64,000 nucleotides of DNA from Sphagnum compactum (Eukaryota), in contig OZ234493.1 in assembly GCA_965153455.1 (NCBI GenBank), positions 26,960,213-27,024,212 on the forward strand. Reading direction: 5' to 3'. Shown here piece by piece: positions 13,201 to 27,400 of this stretch. The notes below the pieces were generated by a model, which saw only the letters and a list, made by a program, of their open reading frames with translations, was not told the DNA's origin and made no database searches. The position numbers were made by a program, and so were the translations under genes. Each line of letters starts with the position of its first letter. Within the stretch, counting starts at the first letter, position 1.

Positions 13201-16200
13201 TTACAATGGTGGTGGCTTCACCTTCACAAGATATGATAGTGGATCTGGCTACAAGGTTGACCTATTGGACAATGCAATGGCAAGATTTAATTTTTGTACT
13301 TAAATGATATGGCTATTAAGACCATAAATTTCCCCAAAAGACAAGGTTAAAGTTTGTAAGGTTCAATGGGATGTCGAACAATTGCAATAAGTCATCCCCA
13401 AAAAAGCATTGCCCCATATGAATTTTTGAGGATTTTATTTTGAAGCCAAAGTGGTGATCATCCATAGGAACATGTAGAAAAATTGGGGATCATCCCTTGG
13501 AAGATTTAGCCAAATATGGCTAAAAATCAAATATAAAATACAAAATATAATTGTCTATCTAAGTTTATATCTTTGGCTACACAATAAACAGAAAATATAG
13601 GAATTTGAAGATTTTACTAATTTTTTCCCCTCACTTCCAGCACTTGAAAACCTCTAAAAATAATTCTTTTTCTTCTTCTTTTTGTAGTTTTTTTGGGGTG
13701 AAATTTCACAAGTAAAAAACAAGCTAAAATAGGTAAACCAGTAAATTAGATAAAAGAACAAACTCGGTGTGTAATTAGTAATTACCTATCATGCTATAAC
13801 GGTTTAAGTAATTTAATTTCTTTACTTGTGATAACAATCTTTTTTTTTCCAGGAAAATTTCGCTATTTTCCAATGTTGTTTGTAAGAAAAAACTTAGGAG
13901 AAGAAGGGATTTCGGTTTTAAATGTAAAAGAATTTCAAAAAGATTCTTTTCTCTTGTGAAATTAAGAAAATATAGGGTGAATTGTTTCCTATAGCAAGGG
14001 GTAAATGTGCACTTAATGTAATTACTTTTACTTCAGGTAATGTTATGTAATTTGTGGCCAGTGGATTTCTTTTGTTCAGTCAAACAGCAAATTAGTTCCG
14101 TAGCTGCAGCGATTCTTGTTATGTATCAGCCTGGGATCCCCACACTAGTTAATTGTTTCATTTCTTATTCATTGTGAAAACCTTAAGTTCTTGACCAAAG
14201 ATGCAAGTTGGATTTTATTTTTTCCTTATTATACATGTACGTAGATGTAAGATTTTTCCCAAAAAAGAATTTGGGATTGACATTTTATTTGTAAAATATT
14301 TGAACATTTATTAATTAAATAAATGTATTTAATATATATAAGTCACTTACCAATTGTTTTCAAATCTTGTCATGCGGCTAATTCCACTCAGAAAGACCTG
14401 ACCTAATTTTCTTTTGTATTTGTATGTTCCTTGCAAAGGATGAAGCGTGGGATGAATAAATAGTTAGGCAACAAACAATCCATCAATTCCATAAAGGAAT
14501 TCATTTGTGTTTGGACCCAACTAGAGGTCTTTATTTCATACATAATATTACAAAAATTCAATATAATGTTTTTGGAAATGATGCGGACCTAAGAACAACA
14601 CACCAATTTTTATCATTAAAATCATAATTAAAAAGTTGCAAAGCATTTTTCTAAAAGGATTTCATTTTTAAATTGGTCATTTGCCTTCAAGGAACTTAAC
14701 AAACTGGAATATGGTGGTGGATTCAAATTATGTCAGTTTTTTTTATGTTGTGGGAGGACAGATTTGGATTGGGGGGGTTGTGTTGTTGTTCTAATTGGGA
14801 ACCCTTTCTCGACACATTGTACTCACACCTGGTTTTGCTTGTTTGCTTGGTTTCAGTACCATAAGATCTTGGCAGGCTTGACACTATTTATGTTTTTTCA
14901 AAAATGTTGATTTTTAAAAATAAATTCAAAGAAAAATAATGAATCGTTGGGTATATTATATTTATCAAAAATTTTAAAAAAATTAATTATTCAACAAACA
15001 TGTGAAGAAGTTGCCAAGGAACTACACTCATCTTCTTGGCAACCCACCCACAACCCCAAAATACCTGACATTTTGAAAGAAAAGGGGAAAAATATGAACA
15101 AGATTACTACTACCTATGTGATTCAAGGAGTAGGTGCATGTGATGGGTGCCACATGGATGGCGTGAGAAACCATACAATAAACCACCCTTTTAACACCAC
15201 TTTACGCCAGACAAAAATGGCATCAATTTTTGCCCACAAACAGATCTAAGCCTGCAGCGCCTTATACTCCAAGTAACAATTTGGAAAAACCATGATAGCC
15301 CACTTATTATTGTAAGGCTTGTGGGTACTGCCAAAACAACAACCAAAAAAAAAAAAAAAGAGGAAAAAGAAAGGGAAGGAAAGGCTAATAATTCGAGCTT
15401 TACTACAAGTATCTATGAGAGAACACCTCCAATTTGGTCCCTTCTTGCTTTCTTTCGAGATGCTAGCAATTCATTAAGAAACCCTTGAATTTTTTATGTG
15501 TAGGGTATAAGGACCACAAATGGGGCTGTTCTGGGAATGAGGGTCCTATATGAGCTGAGAGCCCATAGGGCAGGTTTTATTGGAGCTGAGCGGAGGCCTG
15601 ACTCTAGTAAAGCTGACCCCCCCCAAGGGCTTTACATGGTGTAGAAACTGCCAACATTCTTCCTTCTAAGGAGCCCTACAACTACACCAAAACAATAAAG
15701 TGACTAGGTTTTTACGAAATCGTAATTGACCAAAAAATGTCCTTGTAAATCCCAAAACGATCCCAAGGTTAATTGAGTGAGAGGAACAATCCTCTCCTAC
15801 AAAGCCCAAAAAAATCCCAAACAAATTGTTATTATTCTTTTCTGATACAAATTTTTTTGGCATATACTCATAATCTTGTAAGGGTTTATATGGAATGTGA
15901 CTATGCATGTTTAAATCACAATTCGTTAGTGTCACAAAAAAAAGTGGTCACCAATGGTGCGATTATAAAGGGGGTTTACTGTATTTTGAGCACGTATTTG
16001 TACTCTGGGGATTTCATGTGTGGGCTCCCCAACAGATGGAGATATATCTACCGGTGCTGGCTGGTTCTTAGAAATGACAAGTAATTAACCGGCAGTTCTC
16101 CAACGTGGTTCTGTCATGCATGTATATAATATAAGCATGGTTCTCAAAGGAACCAATTTCGAGATATATCCACAATTCTCAAAAATCTAAAGAATCAGTC

Positions 16201-17799
16201 AAATATGGTTCTATAGAACTGAACTGTGAAATCTTTCAGGTTCTTTCATGAAGACCATCAGTTCTTTGAAGGTTCTTTAATTCTGAAAATTTTCACAAAA
16301 CTGGAATTCAGAGTTTCTTTGATTTCCAAAGTTCCAGAAAAACCCAAACTCGAGTTTATTGAAAAAAAAATCAAATAACCAACCAAACGGTAGGCTACCC
16401 ATCAGTGTTGGCTGGGCATCTACTTTCCATAATACCCGATCGACAAGGCAATTTTTTTGAAAAAAAATCAATTGTGAAGGCCAAAGGCCCCATCATGTCT
16501 AGGATTTTTCTAAAGCAAACTTATGCCCTCCGTGCATGAACATAGAGGCATTTAATTTTTTCAAAAAGGCAGGCATAACAAGCATGGAAAAGGGTGATAC
16601 CCACCGGACATAAAACCGGGCATTTGCATTAAACATCATTTATCATTTTCAAGTTCAAAAAATAATAATGAGTCGAAGCCAAATGTGAGTGTGAAACTAT
16701 ATCACACTGAATTGAAAAATGTCCTAATAAAAAATAGAGGCAACTTAAGAGCAAAGTGGGAGGGACTAAAGTTACTAACATTTTGAACCTAACCTTAATA
16801 TTTCTCTTGCCCTGCATAGGTTTATGATGTGAGATGCCGACCCAACAGGGCATCTCATGGGCTCTGCAAAACACAAATGCTTTACCACCCCATGAATCTC
16901 AAAATTTATCCAATCTCAACAATGATTTTTTATCAAGAGAGCCAACTATATTCAAGAGTACGAACAAAGATACTACTCTATAACCAATACTACAGAGTTC
17001 TTGCTTCTGTGGCAACACACCATTGACCAAGAGCTCTCCAGTTATATTTCGTATTGAGTTACCTTTAAACATTTTGAATCTCTTTCATGCCATTTCATTC
17101 CTGGCTTTGCTAGTTGGTTGAACCTCATAACTCACCCTCTTCTATGTCCCACAAGCTCGGTGCTCCAAGGCAATTAGTTATGTTTGACAACTGGCTTGAG
17201 CATGCAGGTTATCGTATAATTGATTATGTTGTTTTATAACCAACTCAAGCACGTAGCTTGTCATACAATTTGTGATGTCCAGTAACCTGTTCTCTCCTGT
17301 TAATTAGTCCATAGTATTGTTTGCTTTGGCAAACAACAAATGGATTAAAGGTATTCATTCCGCATTCAATAAGTTGTGAGCCAAGAAGTCTATATGCCAT
17401 AACCAGCAATGTCTAGTTTGACTGTGTAGGGTAAATGCACCAAAACAATGGTGACCTAGGATTTAGGGTTGTTCATGTAAGTTATTAGATTTTTGAAAAT
17501 TTAATACTAGGGAGTTCTCAATTTCATCAATTATAAAAAGTTAATAATCGACTAATAAGTTATTAATAATTAACTTATTAACCAGGCCAAAACTTAATAA
17601 CTAGCCAACATTGGTTCGAACCCTAAGATGGCCTCCTATTCATCCAACAACCACTAACACAACATCCATTGGTGCAATCGTGAATGAACTCCAACAGTTG
17701 ATGTCAAGTATCATATTGGTAATTCATGTTGTGAAATATAGTTATTGTACCTAGGTAGGTAGGAAGGATAATAGATGCATGTAGATCTTTTAGTTTTTC

Positions 17800-19150
17800 C
17801 TTTTTGTAAGATGCAACGAGTGAGGATGTTTTTCATGTAAATGCACTTTTGAAATTAAGGGACATCCAAGTAACCTTTGAGATTTTATCTCCATGTTTCA
17901 TCCAAAGTCTTTTTATCTATTTTGTTATCTTCCCCTTACTAATCTTTCAGCAACAACTCACCTCTTTTGATATGACTCATGCAGGTTTTTGGGAGACTCC
18001 TTGGCCCAAACTTTTTGAATTGTCCACAGGCCCATTTGGTGCACTAACAAACTTCTTTCCTCGTTTCATATGGGGGATCAACTTCATTTTCACAAAGTTC
18101 ATTACACCGAGAACCAATTTCAAAAGTTGGACTCTTGTTGCGCCCATCATTTTCACCAAGTTCTTATTAGATCATTGTCTATTATTATTGGAGGCGATAT
18201 GTGTTGACAATTGTGAACCATTTCCCTTCCAAGCCCACTTGAGGTCGATGCGAAAACTCCTCTCATTACATATGGTGATTTGCGTTTCCCCTTTTGTGTA
18301 TTTTGCAAAAAAAGGAATATATCAACTTTAAAAAAACATTTCAAACAAATTGCACGATCATTTTTTCTCCAACATCATCTCTAACATGACTTTTATTTTG
18401 TTTTGCACATTCCTAAAATCTTGCGTTGACCAAGGGGGTGAATGCATTGCTTTTTGTGCACTTAGTCATTCCATCTTTCCATTTGGCATTAATTTTTTCT
18501 CCTTTGTTGCATTACACATCAAGTTGGGCCTCCCCCATCCTCTAACTCTAGTTGATTCATTACACTTATGGTCAACCTTTTTCCTTGTTCCCATGGTGCA
18601 AAATGGATTGCATCCCATGATGCCATTTGAAATGTGTTCACCTTTATCATGAAAAACATAGGGTTTCATGTTGTACATGAACAAATTCATGTCTTTTTAC
18701 AATTCTTCCTTCAATCATTATGTCAGCAAGTTGACATCATGTCATCAGTTGATGACATTTGCACCTTGGCCAATGTTTATTGCCAATTCCATTCGAATAG
18801 ATTTGGTTTCATGTGTTGCTTCATTTCGCATAGTGGTGATTCAAGAAAAAAACGGACTTTCCAACAATGGGCACTCTATGAACACATTTCTTCCCCTTGT
18901 CATACAAGTTTTTGGTTGCCTACATTAATAACCAAATGATTTTTTTCATCAATGTGCCAACATGGCATGATTAGCAAAGGGCACCAATGGCCTTCCTTTG
19001 GTTATTTTGCGGGTTTTTCATAGGCAAAGACTGTTGATAGTTTTATAAAAAGCTCAAGTTCTATCTATTTTGAATCACACTGTCATTGCAAGTGAGGATT
19101 TTTCTAAGTTTATTACTCTTTCAAGCTTTTCATCCTAATATGTTTTCTTC
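17800..19150 (+). mobile_element. Decayed non-LTR retrotransposon remnant (C-terminal region, possibly RLE/CRE-like)
   Basis: Fragmented frames give PFPFQAHL, LGLPHP, ASHDAI and VDIM...LANV segments, resembling the C-terminal zinc-knuckle/endonuclease region of such elements. Heavily mutated. Family assignment is inference. Confidence 0.5.
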
Positions 19151-21066
19151 GTTTTTTTGCCCCATAATGACCCATTTTGGGGCTTGCTCTTATTGTTCAA
19201 ACTTGTATTGGTTTTTTTCTTTAAACTTATTTTTCCTTTGTTTTGTTTAATGAAATGGGTAGATAGGCCAATGAACAAACAAATAAGAAATCAAAGGAGG
19301 TTGAATCCTCACACATTGTTCCTTTGCTTCTGAAGCTTTCCACCTAACGTTTTCAACACTACAAAAATTGTTCAATTCGATAAAGGAATGGGGAAGAGAT
19401 GGGGTGTTTGTTGTAAGGGGGTGTAATGTTCAATGATGAGTGAATTAAAACATATTAAGATATTGAGCTTAAAATATTTGATCATTCCATCTTTACCTCT
19501 AAAATACAAAGAATTTTTGTAAAGCCCTAGTGGCACACTCACCAAGTTTTAAATCACTCATAACAAACTAAAATGAGGAAGATATGGGGCTGGAACTAAA
19601 GAAAGGTCTAAAGCTATTTTTTCAAAAATATTGAAACATACTATCACTCATCCTTTTCCTATTTTTTTGCATTGCTCCTTTACCTCTAAAACAAAAAGAA
19701 CATTTGTAGCCCTCCAATTTGCACATCCGATGACACAAAAATCACTCAATTTAGTTAAGGAATGAGATAAAATATTGAAAAATGATAAGTGATAGGTATG
19801 TGTTTGGTGATGGGCAGTTTTATCCTAAATGAAGTGCTTTTGGTTGGTTTTGTTGGTTGCTTTATGGTTCCATTATGTATATGGAGCCCTTAGCTCAACG
19901 CCAACCAATTTTCTATTTGTTCTAGCTATATGAAAGTAGGTACTGTCTGAAACTAAGAGTAAAGGTGTTGCTATGACCAATATGACTTGTGCACTACTTA
20001 AGCTTAGGTGAGAATACATATGGGCCTTTTATACGGCATTGTTCATCACAAGGCCAGTATTGAAAGAAGGCACCAAAACATTGTTGCAAAGTGGTCAAAG
20101 TTAGGTAGTATAAAGTAATGTGTGCAATTCACCCTTGAGGAGGGTTTTTTTTCCCGTTCTTTAAAGTTGGGGTCGAGTGACTTGGAATCTGACTCCGACA
20201 CGTGCATGTGTATACGAGAAAAATACTATAATAATGCTCATGCTTTTGGGACCCACCAACCCTTTCCAAAAGACCTAATTAAATTCTAGAGTTCCATGAC
20301 TTTGAGAATTTCACATGTTGGTTGGGAATCATGTTTGCATTCCAAAAATTAAGGTCCAATAGGGGTTGTCGAAAAACCTGCCATTGTGGATTTGCAAGTT
20401 ATCCCATATTTCCCCTACCCACCAAAGAAAAACATTTTTCCCTCCATGTGACTTTAGTGCTTTATGGTATAATTTGCTATTCTTCCCAAAATAGAACTTG
20501 AACAACCCAATCAGACCAAAATTGAATTGGACAAAGTCAGGACTCTTTAGAAATGAAAGTTTAGAATTAATGGTCTAAGGATCACCACTACAAAATATGG
20601 TTTTTCCTTCGGCACTTGCACTTGGCTCCAGGTTTTTCCCTTTTTTATATTAAAAATTTTAGAGATTGCCAAAGTGATGAGTTTTTTGTGGAAAAAAATT
20701 TCGCTAAAAAAAACTTGATTTTCAAGCTTTTCTCCATTAAAAATCGTCACATTAAAAAGCACTATGTTACTTTTGAGTCATGACACAGATGTGCGGGAAA
20801 ACACCTGTGTCACATCTTAGATTAATGTCAAAATACAATGTTTTCCACATATATGACCACTGAATTCACACACATATTTTATCTCACACCTTCACCATGA
20901 GTCAAGGCTTATTGTGGTAGGAAAAGCCATACTCTATTGTAGGGGAATGTTTAACATGTCTTCAAGAATGAACTTAAGATTAATTGCGAAAACTTGCAAA
21001 ACATTTTTTGATGTTAATATTACAAAATTAAGTCCTATTGTTGTTTAGAAAACTTATCTTTTTGTT

Positions 21067-21363
21067 GGCCTTTGCCAACCAAGGCAAGGATATTGTGTTT
21101 AGATTCATTATAGAGTATAGTAGCTTAAGGGATTTTGGCCCCTAGGTAGTAGGTCTATTTTTATATGTGGATTTTTGAAAGATGATATTTTGGCTTGTGG
21201 TGAAACTTGAGATTAGTTATAGAGTTATGATATCTTGAAGGATTTTGGTTTCTTTTAGAGGATTGTTTTGAAGATTATATTTTTGCATTGTGAAATATTT
21301 TGAATTTCCATTATTCTTCTTTGGCATTAAGATACTTTTTAATTTAATTTAAATGGCAAGGCC
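21067..21363. mobile_element. MITE-like element with GGCCTTGCC-type termini
   Basis: Begins ggcctttgcc and ends ggcaaggcc. Its left ~135 bp match 32967-33103 in inverted orientation. Confidence 0.55.
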
Positions 21364-24300
21364 ACTGTGTGACACACCCCTTGTTTAATTTGTTTATGGA
21401 TGAAAAACTGGGGCCAAGTTGTTTGGCCTCAAAGTCACAGGCTACAGGAGGGTGCAGCTTTAAATATTGAGGAGAATTTTTATTTTATTTTTTAAATTTG
21501 CTACCACCTATCATGCTGTGACCAATTTTTTTTAAAACAATATTCTTTGCTTCTTTCACATTCTTTTTTTATTTTTTAAACAACATTATATATCAATTAC
21601 ATAATATACCCAATTATATACGATCAATAAAGAGATTATCTAATACATGAACACGTTATGCATTCCATCAATGCTTCATGTTAGATAACAAAAAAAAAAT
21701 GGTGATAGATTTATTTTTTTAAATTTACATTTGAGCAAAATTTCACAAAAAAATTGGTGGGCTTAGAGTACTATCAAAAAAAGAACATTGTAAAAATATC
21801 AGATCATAGTTTATGTAGTTTAGCTTGTTCTTCAATGCAATTCATTTATCATTATTCTCATAGATATTAAATGAACTTTGATTACTATTGTCATCTCTTA
21901 ATCCATGATTTTAAAAATTGCTTACTAAGGGTTTCTAGATGATGGGTTTTCTCGTAGCTTTGGCACATAGGCTCAAACAAGTGTTTATGTGTGATATCAT
22001 TTCTTTGAATCTAATCAACATTAGTTTGAGGCACAACCTTGCAGCCTGGTGCACCTCCATGTTCTTGTTTTCCATATTATGAAAATGGAGTGAAAACGGC
22101 AATGACCCCAATCAAATGTAGTAAACTGAACATATTGCGGAGTTTCATCAACTGAATACACAATCATTTCATGCCAAATATTTTCAAATGAATGGCACCC
22201 CGGGACCATTGTGAACTTCAACATCAATTCCAATAGGAGCTATTGTACAAAAGACATTTAGGTTGCATTTCTATTATTTCCATGGTGAGAAAAACTGACT
22301 AATGCAAAGGGCAATGTTTTTTCATTTGTGAAGGCACAGCAAGCCGTTCGTGTGGTGGTGGTTTTGTTTTTCATGGGCCATATCCAACCATTGCACCACT
22401 CATTATCCTAGCCACAAAATAGCCAATTTTTAATTTGAAAAACCTGTTTCCCAATAAACTTGCAGGGCTCTACTGAGGGTAAAGAGGGTGCCTGAATTGT
22501 TTTTCTGTTCTTTTTTTTCCCTGTGATACCTGCGGGGTATCCAGCAAGTTCTCATTAAGTATCAGAGGGAAAAAAAAAAATGATGCGGGACATTTTGGAA
22601 AATGGAATGCCCACGCCTGAGAGCGTTTCATTTTTCGAAATGCAAAACACCCCTTGGTTTTAGGCGCTTCAATGTGCTCTAAATAACTAGAAAAAACTGA
22701 GGTCTTTCCAAGTTTTCCAAGAAGATCCTCCCAACCCAGTCCTCAAATTAATAATTCTGTGTTCACTAGAACTACCTATCTGTCATCCATTACCACTACA
22801 CACTGCAAGATTATCTCCCCAGCATTCCAAACAGTCTTGCAACATTCTGGGGTTGGGTTGGATGATTTGAACCAATACCTCTATCCTCCAGCAGATTTGT
22901 GCTTCAACAATCCATTGTGCTATTGAAAGTCATAGTGCAGTAGTGGTGGTCAGCAATTCATTTAGTTGAATCTTCATCTCCAAGACTTGTGTCCATCTAC
23001 TTCATGTTGGAGCAAGAAGTCTCAAATTGGAGCTGCAACAGCCAAACAGCTTCAAAACACAGCAAAAAGGCACCAGAAATAGTCAAGACACTATAGACAA
23101 CAAAAGCTGTTCACTTTGCTTCCATAAATCAGAATCAGCTGCTGGTAGGACAAAGAAATTTCTCATATAGATTCATTGAATCATAGTACTTAAAGCTTTC
23201 TCAAGATGCCATGTCTACAGGAGGCTTAATCATCACCATAGTCCAGCCAACAAGTCACATGTACAAATTAGCAAATGGTTTCCCACATCAAAATCTGTAC
23301 CCACACTCCATGATTCAGAAGTTAGAAATATGAGAACAATTGGAGCATAATTAGAGGTGAATTATAGTTTGCAAGCAGTCCCAGTAACAAACATTCACAA
23401 TTCATCAAAGCTACATTGTTTGCTATTCGTGATCAACTACTTGGGTGAACATCACACAAGAAACCAAACTTACCGTTCAGAAATATCCTCCGTAGCTTTG
23501 CTCAAGGTTAAGCCAACAGTGAAAATTCTCCAGTGAAACAAGACGCAATAGATGCACAAGTTTCAAGATCCATCACAGCTGAAGTTCACTTCTGAATTTT
23601 ATATCTTTAGGGACCCTTAAACACGTAACATTAAAACCCTAAAATCTGGTTCAGGTCCAAGTATAGATTCACTCACAGATCCACCAACTGCATCTCCCAA
23701 TAGGACATCAAATCGAATACCAAACTGAAAACTGAAAAAGGCATGAGTTAGTCCAACTAACCCCCGCAAGATAATGCATGAGACAGATAGCATATGTAGT
23801 TGAAATGTAGAGCGTCCAATTGAACAACCACAAAGGCTCCCCCCTGGAAGGTAGACTGGCCATTGGACTCATAATGAAATATGAGAAAAACATGGTCGAG
23901 CCAATGGACAGGTGCCCAATTATCAGAGAGACTCAGTCCCATAATCAGGCTTACTGTTCAGGTGTCAGCAAGACATCAGAACATTTGGTTTTGCAAGCCA
24001 TGAATTCAGGTCTTTGAACATAAGTTGTTCAAGATGATGAACAAGAGAACTGTTAATGTCTGACCCAACTGGAACAAATTGAGAGACAACACACCAAACA
24101 AAGCATTTGAAAAAAGTGAGCACTGTATATTGCAAGGTATTGAGTTGCATGCTACTGCTAAAGGTCCTTTGCTGATTGACACCATGACACCAGAGCCTTG
24201 ATTCCAAATCCCTCAATAAGTGACAATTTGACAGGGAGTTTCTATGGTCTTCCCAGAAACCCCAAAAACACAGCCAAGGAATTGATTGCAATTCCATTCG

Positions 24301-24439
24301 TCACAACTCAACTCTACCTACCAAATAACCCAGCCGTGTGCACCATTGTCTCTTCATCCAATGGCCAGCATACTAATTCACAAAAATGTCTTGAGAACTT
24401 TGAATGAAGTGCCACCATGTACTAATAGAGGAGAACCCT

Positions 24440-27400
24440 CTAGTCATCTCCAAAAGTCATTTTCTTTCCTGAACAGACAAACCAGTTTAATCAAGTCAAT
24501 ATCTCTGAAATCCTGATGGCATCTCTCTGGGCTGACTATTTGACATTCACTATCTGCAGAAAAGGTGTTCGGTACAACCATATTTCATGAGTGAAAGATT
24601 AACTTTGTGGTAATTGCAAATAATGAGTGCTACATGTGAGCAGAAATCAGACACTCTCACACTTAAATATTTTTGATTCACCAGCAGATATAACCTCAGA
24701 TATTGCATACAAATTCAACATTAGCACTGAAGGGAAGAAAAAGCAGACCTGTTCCAGCCAGGCTCATACCACGGCCCCCCCGTCCTCCCCGACCTCCACG
24801 ACCTCCAGAGTCACCCCGACCTCCCCTGCCCCCTCTTCCTCCTCTCCCTGTCCACAGAAATTATACCAAGACCATTGTCACCTATCATATTCTTGAGAAA
24901 GAAATGTCTCAAAACAAGCAATCTAACAGCTCACAAACAAGAGGTCAGTTGAATATTGCAGCTGCAGGGTTGAAAAGACCATCTCATATGCCTCAGATTT
25001 GTGTAACTCACCACGATCACCTCCACGACCACCAAAACTGCCACTGCGTCCACCACGGCCACTAAAACCTCCACGCCCACCACTGCCACCACCACGTCCA
25101 CCACCACCTTCACCAGCTAGGTCCACACGCAGCACACGCCCATTATAGTCGGACCCATTGAGCTCCAATGCCTTAGATAAAGAATCCTTCAAATTGAAGA
25201 CAATATACGCAAACCTGCAAAATAGACCACAAGCAAACATAATCAGTAGAGCTTGACAGGATGTAGACAAGTCCAACCTGAACATACTTGGACTGGAAGA
25301 TAAAAGCTCCAAATGAAACTGAAATTAATCAAAATCTAGCTTCAAAACGCACCCCCTGATTTCCCCCGTCTCTTTTTCTGTGGGAATTCGCACATTCTGT
25401 ACTTCACCGCATGTGCTGAAAAATTCAGTCAACTCATTCCTTATCTGTAAAAACAGCCATCCTCAAAATGTGTCAACGGACTACTGTTGCATGAGTGTAG
25501 GACTCAAACATCAAAAGATTAAATTTCTCCCCTGATGAGATCACTAGCTCATTTCACACAAGCGACCAAAGGTTTCAGCAATGAGCACAATCAATTCAGG
25601 AGCAACAGTTGTAGGCTTGAAAGAACTAAGGCAGAAAAACAAATTGATAACACTCACTGTGTCTTCATCTTGGAACTTGTCAAAACCCCTGATAAAAACA
25701 GTCTTATCAGCTCCTGGCCTTGGATTTGGAGTAAAACCTTTGTTTTCACTGTGCCATAGAAAGTTTGATAACCTGACAGTTAGTTCCCTATATATGAAAA
25801 CCCTGCCACTATAACACCAATGACAAAACACTAGTCATAGCCAATTTACCAATCAAGATGAGAAAGATCGATGAAGTTGCAGAGAAATCTCCACAACAAC
25901 AATTAAAGGTAACACGACAATGAGTGCAGTCATAACCTCATGAGAGTCGCTCACAAAGTGACAGACCATCACCTTCATCACGAATGGCAGTGACGAGCTG
26001 CCATGACTACCCACTGAGTTCATCAGCTCCCAACAGTGGGTGTAGATAATCAAGATGAGAAACTGCAACTCATGAGGTACAGTTGCATCCAAACTTGTTT
26101 ACTGTCCACAACAGGCCTCTGTATCTTTGATGACTTGTATGTTGTCTGGCAAAATTTGATGCTCAAAGGACAAAGTCAAACACCACTCATCTGCATTTGT
26201 AGTCTCTAGGAATATTGAAACAACAACAGAAAAGTTCATGACATACGCAGGTGAATCCCAGTTTTTCCCAGCACTCTGCGATCTGTCTTCACGCTCCCGT
26301 GCAACCTCACAGTGGACTTCCCTTCCTTCTAAGTACTGCCCATTCAACTCCAATGCCTGCAAGGAGCAAGAACAGTCATCTGAGATGCTCCAAACAAGGC
26401 ATTCAACAGAAGCACATGCATGCAAAAAATCAACAAGCCTAACTTGCCATATGGAAGAGGTTCTGGGGACAGCACCTTAGCAACACCTTCTTCTGTATCC
26501 ATTCTTACAAAACCAAAACCACGACTCCCATTATCATCTTGAGCAATGTAGACATCACTCACAGGTCCTGCAGCCTTGAAAAACTCACACCTGCAAATGC
26601 AGCAATGCAAACCATACCGCCTCAATGAGACACACCAGTCCTGGAGTCCTTATCTACAATTTAGTGCAAGCAAAACCTCATGGACTACTAAAATGTGCTT
26701 TGCATGAATACTTACAGGGTGTCTTCAGTGGCTCGGAAACTCAGATTTCCCACAAAAAGCCTTTTGCCACCACCTCCACCTGCATTGGATTTAGCAGGTG
26801 TTTTGACCTGCAGAAAAGGGCCAGCTTTCAAGGCATGTTTCACCTTCAGCCCTGGACGAGAAACAGAGATCTGGTTGATTGAGAAGAGGCACACATGGCA
26901 ATTGCACATGGACAGAAATATAAACCAAGACAGAGGATACCTCTGGTTTTTTTTTATCCTCCTCATCCTCATCTTCCTCCTCATCATCATCCAAAGCCTT
27001 GGATTTCACGTTCCCGTTCTGAACCTGGAAATCATTCAATGCAGTATGAGAAGTATCACTTGCAGGATTGCATGCTATCTCCATTGTCCATGTTGCAGAA
27101 CAGAAGGTGATATGTCCTTGGATAGTTAATTTTCTAATCCTTGCATCAGGTTAGACAAAAGATTGACTGGAAAACAGGCTAGAAAATCAGGATACCTTGG
27201 CTTCCTCCTCACTTTCCTCCTCAGTGTCATCATCCTCATCATCATCCTTTTCAGGCTTAGCTGCTGGCTTGGCCCCATTTGTCACCAGCTGCAATTGCAT
27301 GACCATTATTACATGCATTTACAGAACAATTAAACCTCATTGGAATACAACACTATCCACTGCAAAAAACACCTACAGCCAAAGGTATTGTTGCAAGATA